From Octopus sinensis (taxonomy: Eukaryota): DNA of 64,000 bases. Shown here one piece after another: positions 40,796 through 53,959 of this stretch. The DNA lies in NCBI RefSeq assembly GCF_006345805.1, contig NC_042997.1, forward strand, positions 79,236,001 to 79,300,000, given 5' to 3'. Made by a program: the position numbers and the translations under genes. Under the pieces are notes generated by a model. It saw only the letters and a program-made list of their open reading frames with translations, was not told the DNA's origin and made no database searches. Position 1 is the stretch's first letter. Each line of letters starts with the position of its first letter.

Positions 40796-43050
40796 TAGCC
40801 AAGGGAGAAGCAGAAAAGAAGTCTGCCTATGTTCATCAACATAGGGACCAAGGACTTGAAGTGTTTGGGATTGCAAGGCAGTGTGTGAGAGAAAATTGTG
40901 ATGTCATAGGAGAAAATGTGTCTGCATAGACGATGGTGTACTTTCATTTAATGATTCCACAAAGAAAGAGGCTTGGGAATGCCATTATGAAAGACTGAAC
41001 ATGAAGAATGAATGGGAGGAGGAGAGTCTGCCAAATGTTGTCCCAGCTGAGGAACCAGATATCTGAACCAACAGTACCTTGGTAGATAAAGCATTTAAGG
41101 ATATGAAGACAGGAGAAGCCCCTGGCCCATCAGGAATCACTGCTGAGATGCTTAAAATATCTGGCAGTGTGGATTATAGTCCAGTTACCCATATTGTAAG
41201 TCAGGTGGTTCAGGAAGGAACCATACCCAATGACTGGTGTAGCAGCACCATAATCAACTGCTACAAAAGTAAAGGTGATGCCTTAGAAATAATTACAGAG
41301 GTATCGAATTGTTGGATCAGGTGATGCAAGTTACAAAGTGGGTCATAACCCAACTAATTAGGGAGAGAGTTAGTTTAGATGAGATGCAGCTTAGTTTTGT
41401 GCTAGGGAGAAGCACCACTGATGCTATATTTCTGTGAAGGCAGCTGCAGCAGAAATACATAGCCAAAGACATACATTTGTACTTGGCTTTTGTTGACTTG
41501 GAGAATGCCTTTGACAAGGTCTGCCAATCCCTTATCTGGTGGTCAATCCAGAAACTAGGGATGGATGAGTAGTTGGTGAGAGCTGCACAAGCATGTACAG
41601 GGACACTACCAATAAGGTGACAATTGGCAATGAGTACAGCAAAGAATTTAGGGTACAAGTAGGGGTTCACCAAGGATCAGTCCTCAGTCTCCTTTTGTTC
41701 ATCATAATCCTTTAAGCAATAACAGAGGAATTTAAGACAGGTTGCAAATGACCTTGTTCTTATAGCTGAAACACTACTAGAACTAGAGAAGTTCCAGGTA
41801 TGGAAGTAAGGTCTAGAATCAAAGGGCTTTAGAGTTAACCTAGTAAAAACTAAAGTCTTAGAAGTAGGAAGGCAGACAAATCAAATCCCTTCAAGTAGAT
41901 GGCCCTGCTCAATCTGTAGATAAGGTGTAGGTAGAAACTCCATAATTAAGATGAACCTGGTGTAAGCATTGGATACATGAGGTGCAGTAATATCAGAGGA
42001 AGGTTAACAGGGAAAATATCTTTTGTGAGTGGAAGATGCACTGGTACAATAAACACTGAAAATGTACAGAAAATAGACTCCATCAACTGCCAGTGGGGTA
42101 AGCTAGAGATAGTAGATAGTTTCTGTTTCTAGGTGACCATGTTAGTAGTGGAGGTGGATGCTCCAAGAGTGTAGCTGTGAGAATAAGAATAGGCTGGGCA
42201 AAGTTCAGAGCTCCTACCTCTGCTGGCAACAAATGCCTCTCCCTCAGAGTGAAAGGCAGATTGTATTATACCCGTGTGCAAACAGCTATGCTACATGGCC
42301 GTGGAACATGGGCTATGACAGCCATGGTCATTCATAGGCTTAAAAGAAATGAAGCCAGTATGCTTCGCTGGATGTGCAATGTCAGTGTAAGCATCTTGAG
42401 AGAAAAGTTGAGCATAAGAAGCATCAGATGCGGTGTGCAAGACAAACGACTGTGCTGGTATGGTCATGTGATGCATACGGACGAGGACAGGTGTGTAAAG
42501 TGTTGATCTCTGTGAAGAGACCTTGTGGTAGAGGTAGACCCAGGAAGGCATGAGACAAGGTGGTGAAGTATGATCTTCTAACTTTGGGCCTCTCAGAGGC
42601 AAAGACTAGTGACTGAGACCTTTGGTGATATACTGTGCTTCAGAAAACCTGTCAAACCAAGTGAAATCATAGTCATGGCTGGTGCTGATGTCATGTAAAA
42701 AGCACCTTTTGACCATTGGACCTCACAGAGGCAAAGTGGCAAATGCTGGTGGCATATGAAAAGCTCCTTTCGAGTGTCAGGCCTCACAGACACAATGACA
42801 GACATTTGGCATTATGTTGGGCTTGAGAAGAAGACACATCAAGCCATGTAAAATCACAGTTGACATACTGGTGTCATGCAAATGGTTCATGCCAGTGACA
42901 CGTAAAAGCACCCATTACACTCTCAGAGTGGTTGGCATTAGGAAGGGCATCAAGCCATAGCACAGAAACCATGTCAAATCAGACTGGGGTCTGGTGCAGT
43001 CTTCCAGCTTGCCAGCACTGGTCAAACTGTCTAACCCAGCATGGACAAGA
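40796..43050 (+). mobile_element. Older, decayed 5'-truncated RTE copy
   Basis: Collinear with 11090-13590 (APGPSGITAEML, WLRWMCNV-like, PHD motif at about 41906-42040). Many stops and CpG decay. Confidence 0.9.
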
Positions 43051-44034
43051 TGCTATATATATATATATACACATACACACACATACATGATAGGTTTCTT
43101 TTAGTTTCCATCTACCAAATCCACTCACAAGGCTTTGGTTGGCCCAAGGCTATAGCAGAAGACACTTACCCAAGGTACCACACAGTGGGACTGAACCTAA
43201 AACCATGTGGTTGTGAAGCAAGCTTCTTATCACACAGCTGTACAAGGTTTTGCTTGGAAAGAAAAGTCCATTTTATGAATAATTTAAGGAAATGAGATTA
43301 TATTGATAAAATAACAAAATTAAGATCACACACTTGTAAAGTATAACATGTGGGAGCAAGAATTTTATGAATTGCCACATTGGAAACATTCATTGGAAAC
43401 ATTCCTCAAAATGCTCCTAGCTATTATTTCTGTAAATGCAATTGAGAGTCCTATTAATTGAATGCACCCATACATTCACTTTGGATAAACTGTTTAAGGC
43501 TGGGTTTGCTGCAAATACTTCCTAACTTTGCAACAAATAATTTCATTTATAAATCTTTCTTAGCCTTTTATCAATGTTTCATAATTTTGCAAAGTAAGGC
43601 TTTCTATTTTCCATTCTACCATTTTTTCAGACGTCACAACTAACCTACCCTAAATATTTGAGTTTATATTTAAAATAAGTTTCAATATACTGAGGTCAAT
43701 TTTACATGATAAACTACTTTTTTTTTTTGTTCATCACCAAAAATGAGTTCTTCTTAAACACTGCTACATAACTCAAGAGTTTCTGTGAGTATACTATATA
43801 CTATTAACTATATTTTCTAGCTAGATTAACCTTTCCCCTATCCTTTTGAAATATCTTTAATAAAGATTTAAATTTGTACTATTTTTATGACCAAAATATA
43901 ATCAATTGAACATTTTGAAAACCAATAAGTTGATGTTATATTAAGTCTTAAAATTTTAATATGTGTTTACTGAAATATTTTTAATATATGAAAATCAAAC
44001 TGTTCTATATTTGAGATGAGGAATTCTGTACATA

Positions 44035-45609
44035 ATTTACATTGGACGGATATGTGTCCGTATCTTGTTTGTTGTTTCAGCTGATTTACTCTCCAGCCTT
44101 CATCAGGTGTCCTGGTGGAATTTGGAACCCAACCCTGGGTTCTCATTCTTAAGGTATTTTTGCTGATGTTGTTGTTATGTATTTAAGGCACTACCAGTTC
44201 CCATATTCTACTCATGTCAGCGCAAGTTCTGCTTAGTAGGTTATTGGGTCCTAGTATATGTGCTGCCTTTTTTAGTTTTAGTTTTCCAGTGGTGTTCTCT
44301 ATTATTTTAACTTCATCCCACAAGGGAAAGTGGTCTCTGCTGTTCCATACATGATCAGCTGTACCTGATTTTTCAACATCTTGTGTCACAGCTTTACGAT
44401 GTTTCTCTACCCTTATTTTGAGTGGGCGGCATGTTTCGCCTTTGTATAACCTACCATAACTGCACGGGATAGAGTACACACAGTCTTTGGTCATATTCTC
44501 TTCTATTGGCAGTTTTACTAAGAAAGATGTCCAAGTACTGCTAGATCATGTGAACTCATTAAAGCCATCCATACAGTTCACAATGGAAAAGGAAAAAAGA
44601 CAATCAGCTAGCATTCCTGGATGTATTAATAACACACACTAAGCATGGGTTCAGGACATCTGTATATCGCTAGACAAACTTCACTGGACAATACCTCAAC
44701 TTCAATTCCCACCAACCATACAGTGTAAAGAGAGGGATTGCTCAGTGCTTAAAACATCAAGCAAAGAATATAAGTAGTGATACACACCATGAAGAAATGA
44801 TCAAGCTCAGTAACAATCTATTAAGGAACAACTACCCAAAAGCATACTACCTACTCCATTTAAGAGGAGAGCGGATGAAACCGATAATCTGACCACAGTC
44901 TGTCTACCCAATGTGAAAGGCTTCTCCAAAAAGATAAAAAAGATATGTGGTCCATATGACATCAGGACGGTATTCAAGAGTAATATAACACTTCACAAAT
45001 ATCTCCTTTGAGTAAAACCACCAATAGATGAGGATATAACCAAAGACTGTGTGTACTCCATCCTATGTAGTTGTGGTAGGTTATAAAAAGGCAAAACGTG
45101 CTGCCCACTCAAGATAAGGGAAGAGAAACATCGTAAAACTGTGACACAAGATGTTGAAAAATCGGGTATAGCTGATCATGTATGGAAAAGTAGAGACCAC
45201 CTTCCCCTGTGGGATGAAGTTAAAATAATAGACAGAGAACACCACTGGAAAATATGAAAACTAAAAGAGGCAGCACATACGCTAGGACACAATAACCTCC
45301 TAAACAGACCTAGTGCAGATATGAGTAGTATTAAGGAAGGATACAAAAATATTAGGTTTATAAGCCCTAAAATTCATTCTATAATTGCCCATGGGCATAT
45401 AGCGCAGGCTACTAACCCCAAGATTGCGAGTTCAAAACCAGGCAGTGCCTTGAATAAATAATAACAATAATAACATCAGCAAAAATACTTAGGAAGGAGA
45501 ACCCAGGGTTGGGTTCAAAATTCCACCAGGACACCTGATGAAGGCTGGAGAGTAAATCAGCTGAAACAACAAACAAGATGAGGACACATATTCATCCAAT
45601 GTAAATAAT
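44035..45609. mobile_element. Penelope-like element (Poseidon-like) with inverted 3' duplication
   Basis: Plus strand 44520-45609 reads IQFTMEKE...FLDV...CVYSIPCSCGRLYKG...KEAAH plus terminal repeat. 44035-44521 is an inverted copy of its 3' end (ORF 44183-44494). Confidence 0.9.
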
Positions 45610-46911
45610 ATATGAAAATCAGTTTGATAAAGAAGAATAACATTAACATAATTAGAGATTATGTGATAGAAGGTTGCCAGGTTACCAATTCTAATATATA
45701 TACTTCCTGGTTTAAAAAAATACAGCAGTGAGGAAAATAGACATCTTGAATGATTCTTATCAAGTGACATGTCATTGTATATTTACCAATGAGTAAAAAT
45801 GTGTCAAATAATGCCAATGATGGGCTTAAAATTTAATTTCTATCAAAAGAAAACAATAACAAAGGCATGAAATAAAGAAGTACATTATTTAGTCTCCAAT
45901 GAGCTCTAATGATTCAAAATATACTTGGAATCGAAATGTTTGAGTAGACATTCTAGCCAAGACCGTCCTTTTTTTCCTTTTCCAGATATAATATCTACAC
46001 TATATACTTCCAACTGTTGTATTTTTATTTTATTTTGACACCTAAAAGGATACCTTCAAATGTATCTTTCTCTTTTAAATTGAAATGAGAAAAATGTTGC
46101 CATTTTTAGAAAATAAAGTAACTTAATAACTTGTTGGCACAGTAAGTCATTGTTTAGGGGAAGGAAATCAGATTAAACAGATCTGTAATTGAAGATCTTC
46201 TAGTTGAGCTCCTTGCTTCCAAACCATATGGTGCCAGGATCAGTCCTACTGTGTGGTGCATAGGGCAAGTGTCTTCTATACCCTCAGACCTAAGCCAAGT
46301 TAATGGATTTGGTAGACAGAAATTGAAAATGTATGCGTGTGTTTGCGTCTGTATTTGTGCCCCCACCATTGCTTGACAACAAATATTGATGTGTTTACAT
46401 CCCCATAACTTAACGATTTGGCAAAAGAAACCAATACAATAAGTAGCAGGCTTACAAAGAATAAGTTCTGGGGTTGATTTCTTTGATCAAAACCCTTTAA
46501 AGCAGTGCTCCAGTATGGCCTCAGTCAGATGACTGAAATTAGTAAAAGAATATATACATGTAAGTATGTATGATCTTATTTTGACATTCATTTCCAATAT
46601 TCTGCAAAAACATGTCTGGTCATTAAAAAAATCTGCCTCAGTAAATGCTATCTGACCCATGCAAGCATGGAAAAATGTATGTTAAAATGATGATGAAAGG
46701 ACCACATTATCTAATACTTTTTTCTTAAGACAGTAGGGTGTGGTTTGAAGGAAATTTCGCTATTAACTTTAACAAGTGGATTAATTAGAGGCTTCTTTGT
46801 TGGCTCATGGAATAAAAGTTCAATTAGTGAATTAGATAGCTGTCAATGGAAGATTTAAGAAAACAAGGCTAAAAATATAAAACTATAACTAAAAAAAGTA
46901 TAGCTGCTTAC

Positions 46912-47021
46912 CTCTTGCTCAACATACTGAAGAAGGTAAGTCCAGCCAGTAAAATCAGCTGGGTTATCTTTCACAGCTTTCCAATATTTTTCAAGTTCAG
47001 TTTCCTTTTTGTCATCTTTTT
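46912..47021 (-). CDS. PRPF39: PRPF39 coding exon 2 ([37 protein letters not shown])
   Basis: Closely matches the Prp39 N-terminal HAT motif (human [27 protein letters not shown]). Acceptor tttctctcaag, donor GTAAGC. Confidence 0.92.
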
Positions 47022-50000
47022 CTTGAGAGAAATAAATTTTTGTTAGCACATTTCAAACTCATCAAGGAAATGCATTTTTTTTTAAATACACACACATATA
47101 TGTGCAGACAAAATTTTGTGATCCAGAAAATAAAATTACCTAAGTTCACAGAAATCAGTAAAACAGTTTGTTAGTAATTATTTATGTGTAGGGAAAATGA
47201 TTGACCCTTTTTACAACAAGCGATTGTGAGACTTGTGAACATTAACATCAATGAGCTGACTGAAAGGAATTACATCGTATGAGATGAACATTGAAAGTAC
47301 AATTAACTTTCTTGCATCCTTGAAGTTAATAATTCAGTGGTTTGGTATAATGAACCAATAAATTTTGTGAATCACCACACATTGCCTGAGTCACTGTGTT
47401 TGTGGGTAGCTATAAAATACCACCAATAGTTTTTATCCTACTTAATTCTTACAATTTTAATTCATAATTAAAGAATAATAAAATTATTTTATGAAATAAG
47501 ATTTACACTTATGTTGTTAAATAAGGTTGTATCACTTATTTCATTTCAAAAACAATTAACTTCACAAATTTCAGGTAAATTCTGATCTATGCTGGATCAG
47601 TAATTTCACTCTGGATCATATAATGAAGTATCATCCAGAATTTATATAAAATATTGCCAAATTGTCCAAGCTGTCACAAATAAAATGAAACTTTTCTTCC
47701 CCCAGTATTTTCCCCATTTTATATCCTCACATTCTAAAACAAAGGCAATTCACATTAAAAAAATTAATTGGAGTGGGGGGATGGGTAAGTGGGATAAAAT
47801 GAATAACTTCTTATTTCTTATTTTTTCTCTGAAACTATTGCAATCATTATTTTGCACTGTTGCATCATATTTTGGAGTAGAAATGGTCGGTACAATTGTT
47901 GTAGAAATTGAGAAAGTTTGAAACATAGGTGACAGGCCCCTAATGTTTTAAAAGAAACGTTTCAACTTTGACCCCGATTATACCTGAGGTTACTAATAAA
48001 ATATCTGGGTAATTTTTGGTGTTTAAAAATATTCTTTTTGTCTTCACAAGTAAAATTTTTTCCCAATACTAATGTCTAATTTGATAATTTTCAAATAAAT
48101 TATGTCGAAAGTGGGGTAGACTGAGAAATGATTAATTTCAATAATTTCTCTTCTCTAACTGCATGGTACATAAATACATTAGGAAGACAGACACTCCAGC
48201 AGATCGTGAAGCAACTATAGAGAATAATTTGTTGAATTTTTTTATTTAGTTGAGTTTCGTTAATTTCATGTGCCATTTTTCTGTGATCCTCTTTCATTTA
48301 ACCGAGGTATTTTAAATTTTTTGTTGCATTTCTGCTTTTTCTGATTCTAAGGATAGATATTGATGCGTAAGAGTCATTTTTAAATATAATTCTGGAGAGC
48401 TGAGAAGGCAAATTTACCTTATTTTGTCTTGCCCCGCCTAAATTTGCCTTTCATATGCTCAAAGAGAACAGAAATAATTTTCTGAAATAGTGTTCTGAAA
48501 ATGTTATATAGTAATTTTAAAGCATTAAAATTACTAAAGGCATTTGCTTAGCCGATATAGTTTCCTCCTCCACCACTTTTTGTCACTTTTCTAATTTTTT
48601 CTCTCTCTCACTTTGCCATTCTGTGAACATTTTTCTGCACGACACGAAAACTAAATGACTTTATAAAGCTGCTCATGTTCAATGGAGCTGCTAAAAATAA
48701 CAGTTGAACTAAACTGCACGTTTATCGAAGGAATACCTTTTTTTTTTGTACCCCAAAATTGATGCATATACATGTGTGTTTGTGTTGAAGGCGAACTTCA
48801 ACGATCTACGTTAGCGTTACTTTTCATATTTATACTTTTAAATCTGTAAACAAAAAAGATAGGAATCGACAAAATTCATATCAAATTGAACTTTTACATG
48901 CCACTTTTTCATGTCTCAGACATGTGGATCGGTTATCTTTTATGTCACTAGCGATCAGTTTAGAGTATCAATAGCTCTCAACCCCGCAAGAAAGAAATAT
49001 TTAATTAGAAAACGTAGAGAAAATAAAAACAAATTACCGTTTTAATTTTTTTTAAAAAAGTGCTGCAGCTAACTTGCTAGGTAGCGGGGGAAAGCAAAAT
49101 TGCTTGTCCCATAATACTTTTCCCAATTAAAAATATTCTATACATTCCAAATTCCAATTTTATTTCTTACATATCCACTTGTGAAAATCGCAGCTCCAGC
49201 GACCAACGAGTAGCTTAATTTAATTTGCATCATATGAGTGGGGGAGGAGATGGGTTAATTTTTTTTAAAAAAGCATAGATTTTTGAAAAGAATTTCTTCA
49301 AACACGCGATTTACAAGGCTTCAGAATTTGTAGTATTAACAATTATGAAAAATACGTAAAAAATTATTTCGAACGTGGCAGCTTTATCGAAGGCTATATG
49401 AAGGAGCAAGTGGAGGAATAAAAAGTTTGAAAACCATGGATTTTGAAGAAGGAAAAAAAAAAAAAAAACTTTCTAAATGCGAATTACGTGTTTCAGAATG
49501 CGGGGTATTATGAAATGCTGAAAGATACCTGAAAAAAAAATTCCATGATATTTGTGACAGCTATTCTAAAAGTCCGTCGCGAAATTTTGAAATTTATTTT
49601 ACTTTTCAATTAGAATGAAATATATTAAGATCCCGATATTCATGGCAATTAAAAGTTGTTTTTCTTTTCGTTTTTGCTTGACTAAAAAAAAAACAAAAAA
49701 ACTTTAGATTATAGTGTTTATATGTATGGTATCCAATAACTAAACTTTTCCAAGTAAAACTTAGGACAACACTAATTTTCGACGGGCACATGGTTTTTGT
49801 GGGAGATTAAACGTAATCAAATGGAATTCATAAACTTACAAAGTATCCAGGCTATGAATGGAATTGTAACAAAAAGAAACGAGTTGTTGGAGGCTCGATC
49901 CATTTTATGAACTACAAATAACTGATATATGCTGGCAACAGTCCACTCGTGTTTTGTTTCATGTAAGTCAAAAAATGTTTTAACATAAAAATTATCTATT

Positions 50001-50458
50001 CATGTTAACTTTTACAAGAGATGAACATTTAAACCGGTGTTAATATGTTGAATGCCTTTCCTCCAATATTCTCACTCAGCTATCGAAGAAACATTTATAC
50101 AAAAAAAACCATTAATTTTTAGAAAACAAGACATGGTTTATGTTAGCACACACACACACACACACAAACATTCTTAAAACAGCGCGAACAATTTATTAAC
50201 TGAGACAAAACTTATCCTAATTAATTAATTAGGATAAGTTTTAAAATTCTTTCTTCATACGTTCAACTGAGTTGAATTATTTTTATTGAGTTCGTCATGT
50301 TTTCGATGTGATGTCCAAGCAACAGTGGACAATGGGAATCGCGAAAGAAAATTGGAAAGCTTATCTGCATTTCTCACAATTTAGAACAAGTTTAATAAAT
50401 ACTGAAAACAAAGGATGCAAGAAAATACTTATGAACGAAGACATTGAACGAATTAGTG

Positions 50459-50496
<38 letters not shown>

Positions 50497-51542
50497 ATGG
50501 AAAATAGAGACAAACGCCCAAGATGTTATTTAAATTATATACATACAATGTAGTTAATATAACTGCTCAAAAGATATGAGTGGGGTTGTTTTTTTCGGAC
50601 TTATGAACAACTGACCGATTATGTGTGTGTGAGTGTTTTAAACATAAACAATGACTAGTTCAAATGATAATCTACAACAAACTGTAAATTAGAGATATAA
50701 AAATTTCCATTAATACTAGAAACAAGATAAACGAAATAGTAAGATGGTCCGAGTTAAAATAAATTATTAAATTTTGTTTACTAATTATTTTAAATATGCA
50801 AGACATGAAGAACAGCAGAAGTATACCTCCCAGAAGAGGTGATATACAAATTTATTGTTAGTTGACGAACATAAGAAATATCTATTCATTTCGGTATCAA
50901 CTAATACGAATTAAGTTTATCATGGGGCTAATGATTCCTATCTAAAACACAGATGTTTAATAGATAAAAGAGAATATTCTCGCGCCATCTTGGCTATAAG
51001 AGATTTAAGCAATTTAACGGTATTTTATTTATCGGTTATTTTTACAATGTTTCACTCATAGATATTTAATGACCTTTGTTAATTAACAATAACAAAATGA
51101 GTTTTAAAATATATGACCGACCAGTTTTCATATTTCCAACTATTGTACCAAACTAAGAAAACATCCAAGAACCTAGTTGATAGATACTTGGTCAGTCAAA
51201 TTGTAAATAACTAGATAATTAAAATTACTGCTTCCAATAATACGCTCAACATGGTGGAGTTTGCTATGTATTTTACACAGCTTATCAATTCGTTTAAAAA
51301 TGATTACATGTAAAATATATTTCCAAAAGGAACTTTTTTTAAAGAAATATTTCAAAAAATAAACAAACATGCTAACGCTCTTGTTTAGGAAGTCTAACAT
51401 GTAACATGCCGTATAGATTCAAAGGAAATCACAATCAATAATATATTCGCATTGAAATAGTAAAAAATAACGAAGTATAGTTAGATAATTATCTTCTACC
51501 ATAGATATACATAGATAAAGTTGTATTCATTAATAAAATTAC

Positions 51543-51597
51543 CAGTATTTTCCGTTTTTTCTGTATCAGTAAATCCAGTACGTCTTTCACCCGCCAT
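51543..51597 (-). CDS. PRPF39: PRPF39 coding exon 1 (MAGERRTGFTDTEKTENT + 1 nt)
   Basis: ATGGCG start at 51597, 55 nt to a GTAATT donor. The phase-1 end joins exon 2 (G|AA = Glu) in frame. Lies in the CpG-retaining region. Assigned by phase and position, not by homology. Confidence 0.65.
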
Positions 51598-52674
51598 TAT
51601 CTGCAGCGCAATGTTAGATGGGATACTATTCTCATGTGCACAGGATTACATATTCTTTAATTCTGGATTAATCAAATTTTGTGAGATCAGTTAACAAGAC
51701 TCGTGTTGTCCAAATATCTAATTATAGCAACTGTGATGATTCTTTCAGATTGAAAGCAAGTTGGGTTTTTTTAATTACTCTCTTTTGTAGTTGAGGAGGC
51801 TTTTATGATAGTAAAGTCAACTGAATTGATATTCCAGTTATTATACAAACTCAACAGAATGAAAAGAAATCCTTGCAATTGAAACGAAACTAAATATTAC
51901 AATTAGACTTAGTGTATTCCATATAATGTGATGGACGTTGACTTCGTTAGGATGTGAACTAAAAGAAAAATTCAGTATTAAATACTGAACATTTTCACTC
52001 CACTTTACCGATTCTATATCGTTACACCTTTGTAATAATTATAATGATTCACTCATTTGTTTGTTATCAGGACTAATTCGTACGTAGAAAACGTGAGACA
52101 AGGATTCAAGGCATGTAGGAAGGTGCAAATATAGTTACATAAAAAAAGTGAGACGTGAGGCAATAATAAAGACTAGCAGGGTTGTGAAAATACCACGTTT
52201 TATAAATTGTCCCTATTTTGATGTATCTATTACAGTGTGTTAAAGATTTCAGTTATATCTGTCGTACATAGTTAAGGTTGTTTAAAGCGTAACACTGAAA
52301 CTTGTTTCATTATGTGAAAGCTTTCGATTATGTCCTTTAGTTAATATTGTTTAAAACACAGCGAAAACACATTCACTGTGATGAGCAGAGAAATATTCCG
52401 GATTTCTAACAAATATATAAAAGTATGCATTTATGATAGAATGAATGTGTAGCGGAAATATTCAGCAATCGCCCGATATCATGATTCGCTAGAATATTGC
52501 CCATGTGATAAACAAAATTTGACCAGTCACGACTTTGCATCGAATAGGCTCCAATAATGATTTTTAATTTTTGGGGTGATTCATTCTGAGCCTATCGCGT
52601 AGTAAGTATAAAGTCAGTATGTCATGAATACTAGACAGAGAACTTTTGCATGCAGCAGAGAAAGCATTGACGGA

Positions 52675-53202
52675 CAGTGTTTCTCAACCTTTTTACCCTT
52701 GCGTAACCCTTAAAATAAATTATATGTCTCAAGGAATCCCTGCGCAAAAAAAAAATGATATACCATGTCTTTCTCAAACTTTTTCCATCGTAGTTCACGT
52801 GGTAAATACACACATATATATGGTTGTTGTTTTGTTGTCTGGGAAGAGTCATTTATTTTCTTTTTGTGCCTTATAATTTAACACACTCACCGGTAATTTC
52901 TTATTTTTATTTTAAATTATAAGGCACAAAAAGAAAATGACTCTCCCCAGACACAACAGAATATGCTTCAACACACGAACTCATATAAAGAATCTTGCAA
53001 ACAAAATCCCCAAACCAAATCTGGTTGTTATATTTTTTTGATAATATTATTATATTGAATAGGATGATGTCTATATTACAATAACCGGTAATATTTTGTG
53101 CAAGTAGTATAGTAATTTTAAGATCATGAAATTAGCATTAGTTTATCTCACTCTTTCTCGCACAACTCTAGGGTTCCGGGGAACCCAGGTTGAAAAGCAC
53201 TG
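52675..53202. mobile_element. hAT-like MITE
   Basis: Imperfect TIR CAGTGTTTCTCAACCT / AGGTTGAAAAGCACTG (14/16). No ORF and no 8-bp TSD retained. Internal ~45-bp inverted repeat (about 52836-52881 / 52912-52952). Confidence 0.6.
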
Positions 53203-53959
53203 CTGTAAGAGTTGACCGACAGAGACGGCGGACAGCAGCTGACAATACAAAGACAGTGAAAAATTGGAGGACAAACAAGTAACTGACAAACAACTAACCA
53301 CACTTTATCTGCCACTACTACACCAAGAACAAAAACTCTCGACGTTTTGTCGTTTGTAATAACGAAAACAATCATTTCGTGTGTACGAAAACAAAAGTTT
53401 TTGTTAATTAAAATTTCAAAAGACTCCAGTGTTTCTTTCTGTACAACTGTAATTGATTGGATTGATCTAAGTATTTGATTGCACTTATTTTATTGACCCC
53501 AGAAGAATGACAGTAAAGTTGACTTTGATGGAATATGAATTTAGATTTAGGACTTATTACAAATACTTTAAGGCCTTTACGTCAGTACACAACCATTTCT
53601 ACTGACTCACCACCGAACTAAGAAGGAAAATCCACAAATATAATTAGCAGTGCATCAGTGTGTGTGTGTGTGTGTGTGTGTTCCCTGGCATGGACATTGG
53701 AAGCTATTTTTTGCTTCAGTACTTTCACCATTTCTGTATTTGATAGAAACACTTTGTAGAAATGTACATGTTTAGCTATCCATGCATGCATCTATCTAAT
53801 ATATGTATGTATGTAGCATTATTTGAAGATGTCTTGCAAATGGAGAAAGAACCAATTTCTAAGCTAGATACAAGGCTCTTTCACTGAAGTTTCAACATGT
53901 ACAGGGCAGTTATGCATTGTTGTGTGTATATGTGCAAGTATTTGATGTCTGTATGTGCA

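Noticed and set aside
49166-49230. Strong GTAAG donor in PRPF39 intron 1
   Set aside because: The acceptor is weak and the putative exon ends in phase 2, incompatible with exon 2. A non-coding or poison exon cannot be excluded but is unsupported.
51727-51739. GCAACTGTGATGA, similar to the 5' end of SNORD127 as I recall it
   Set aside because: It is on the opposite strand to PRPF39 and upstream of its start, with no matching guide or D box.
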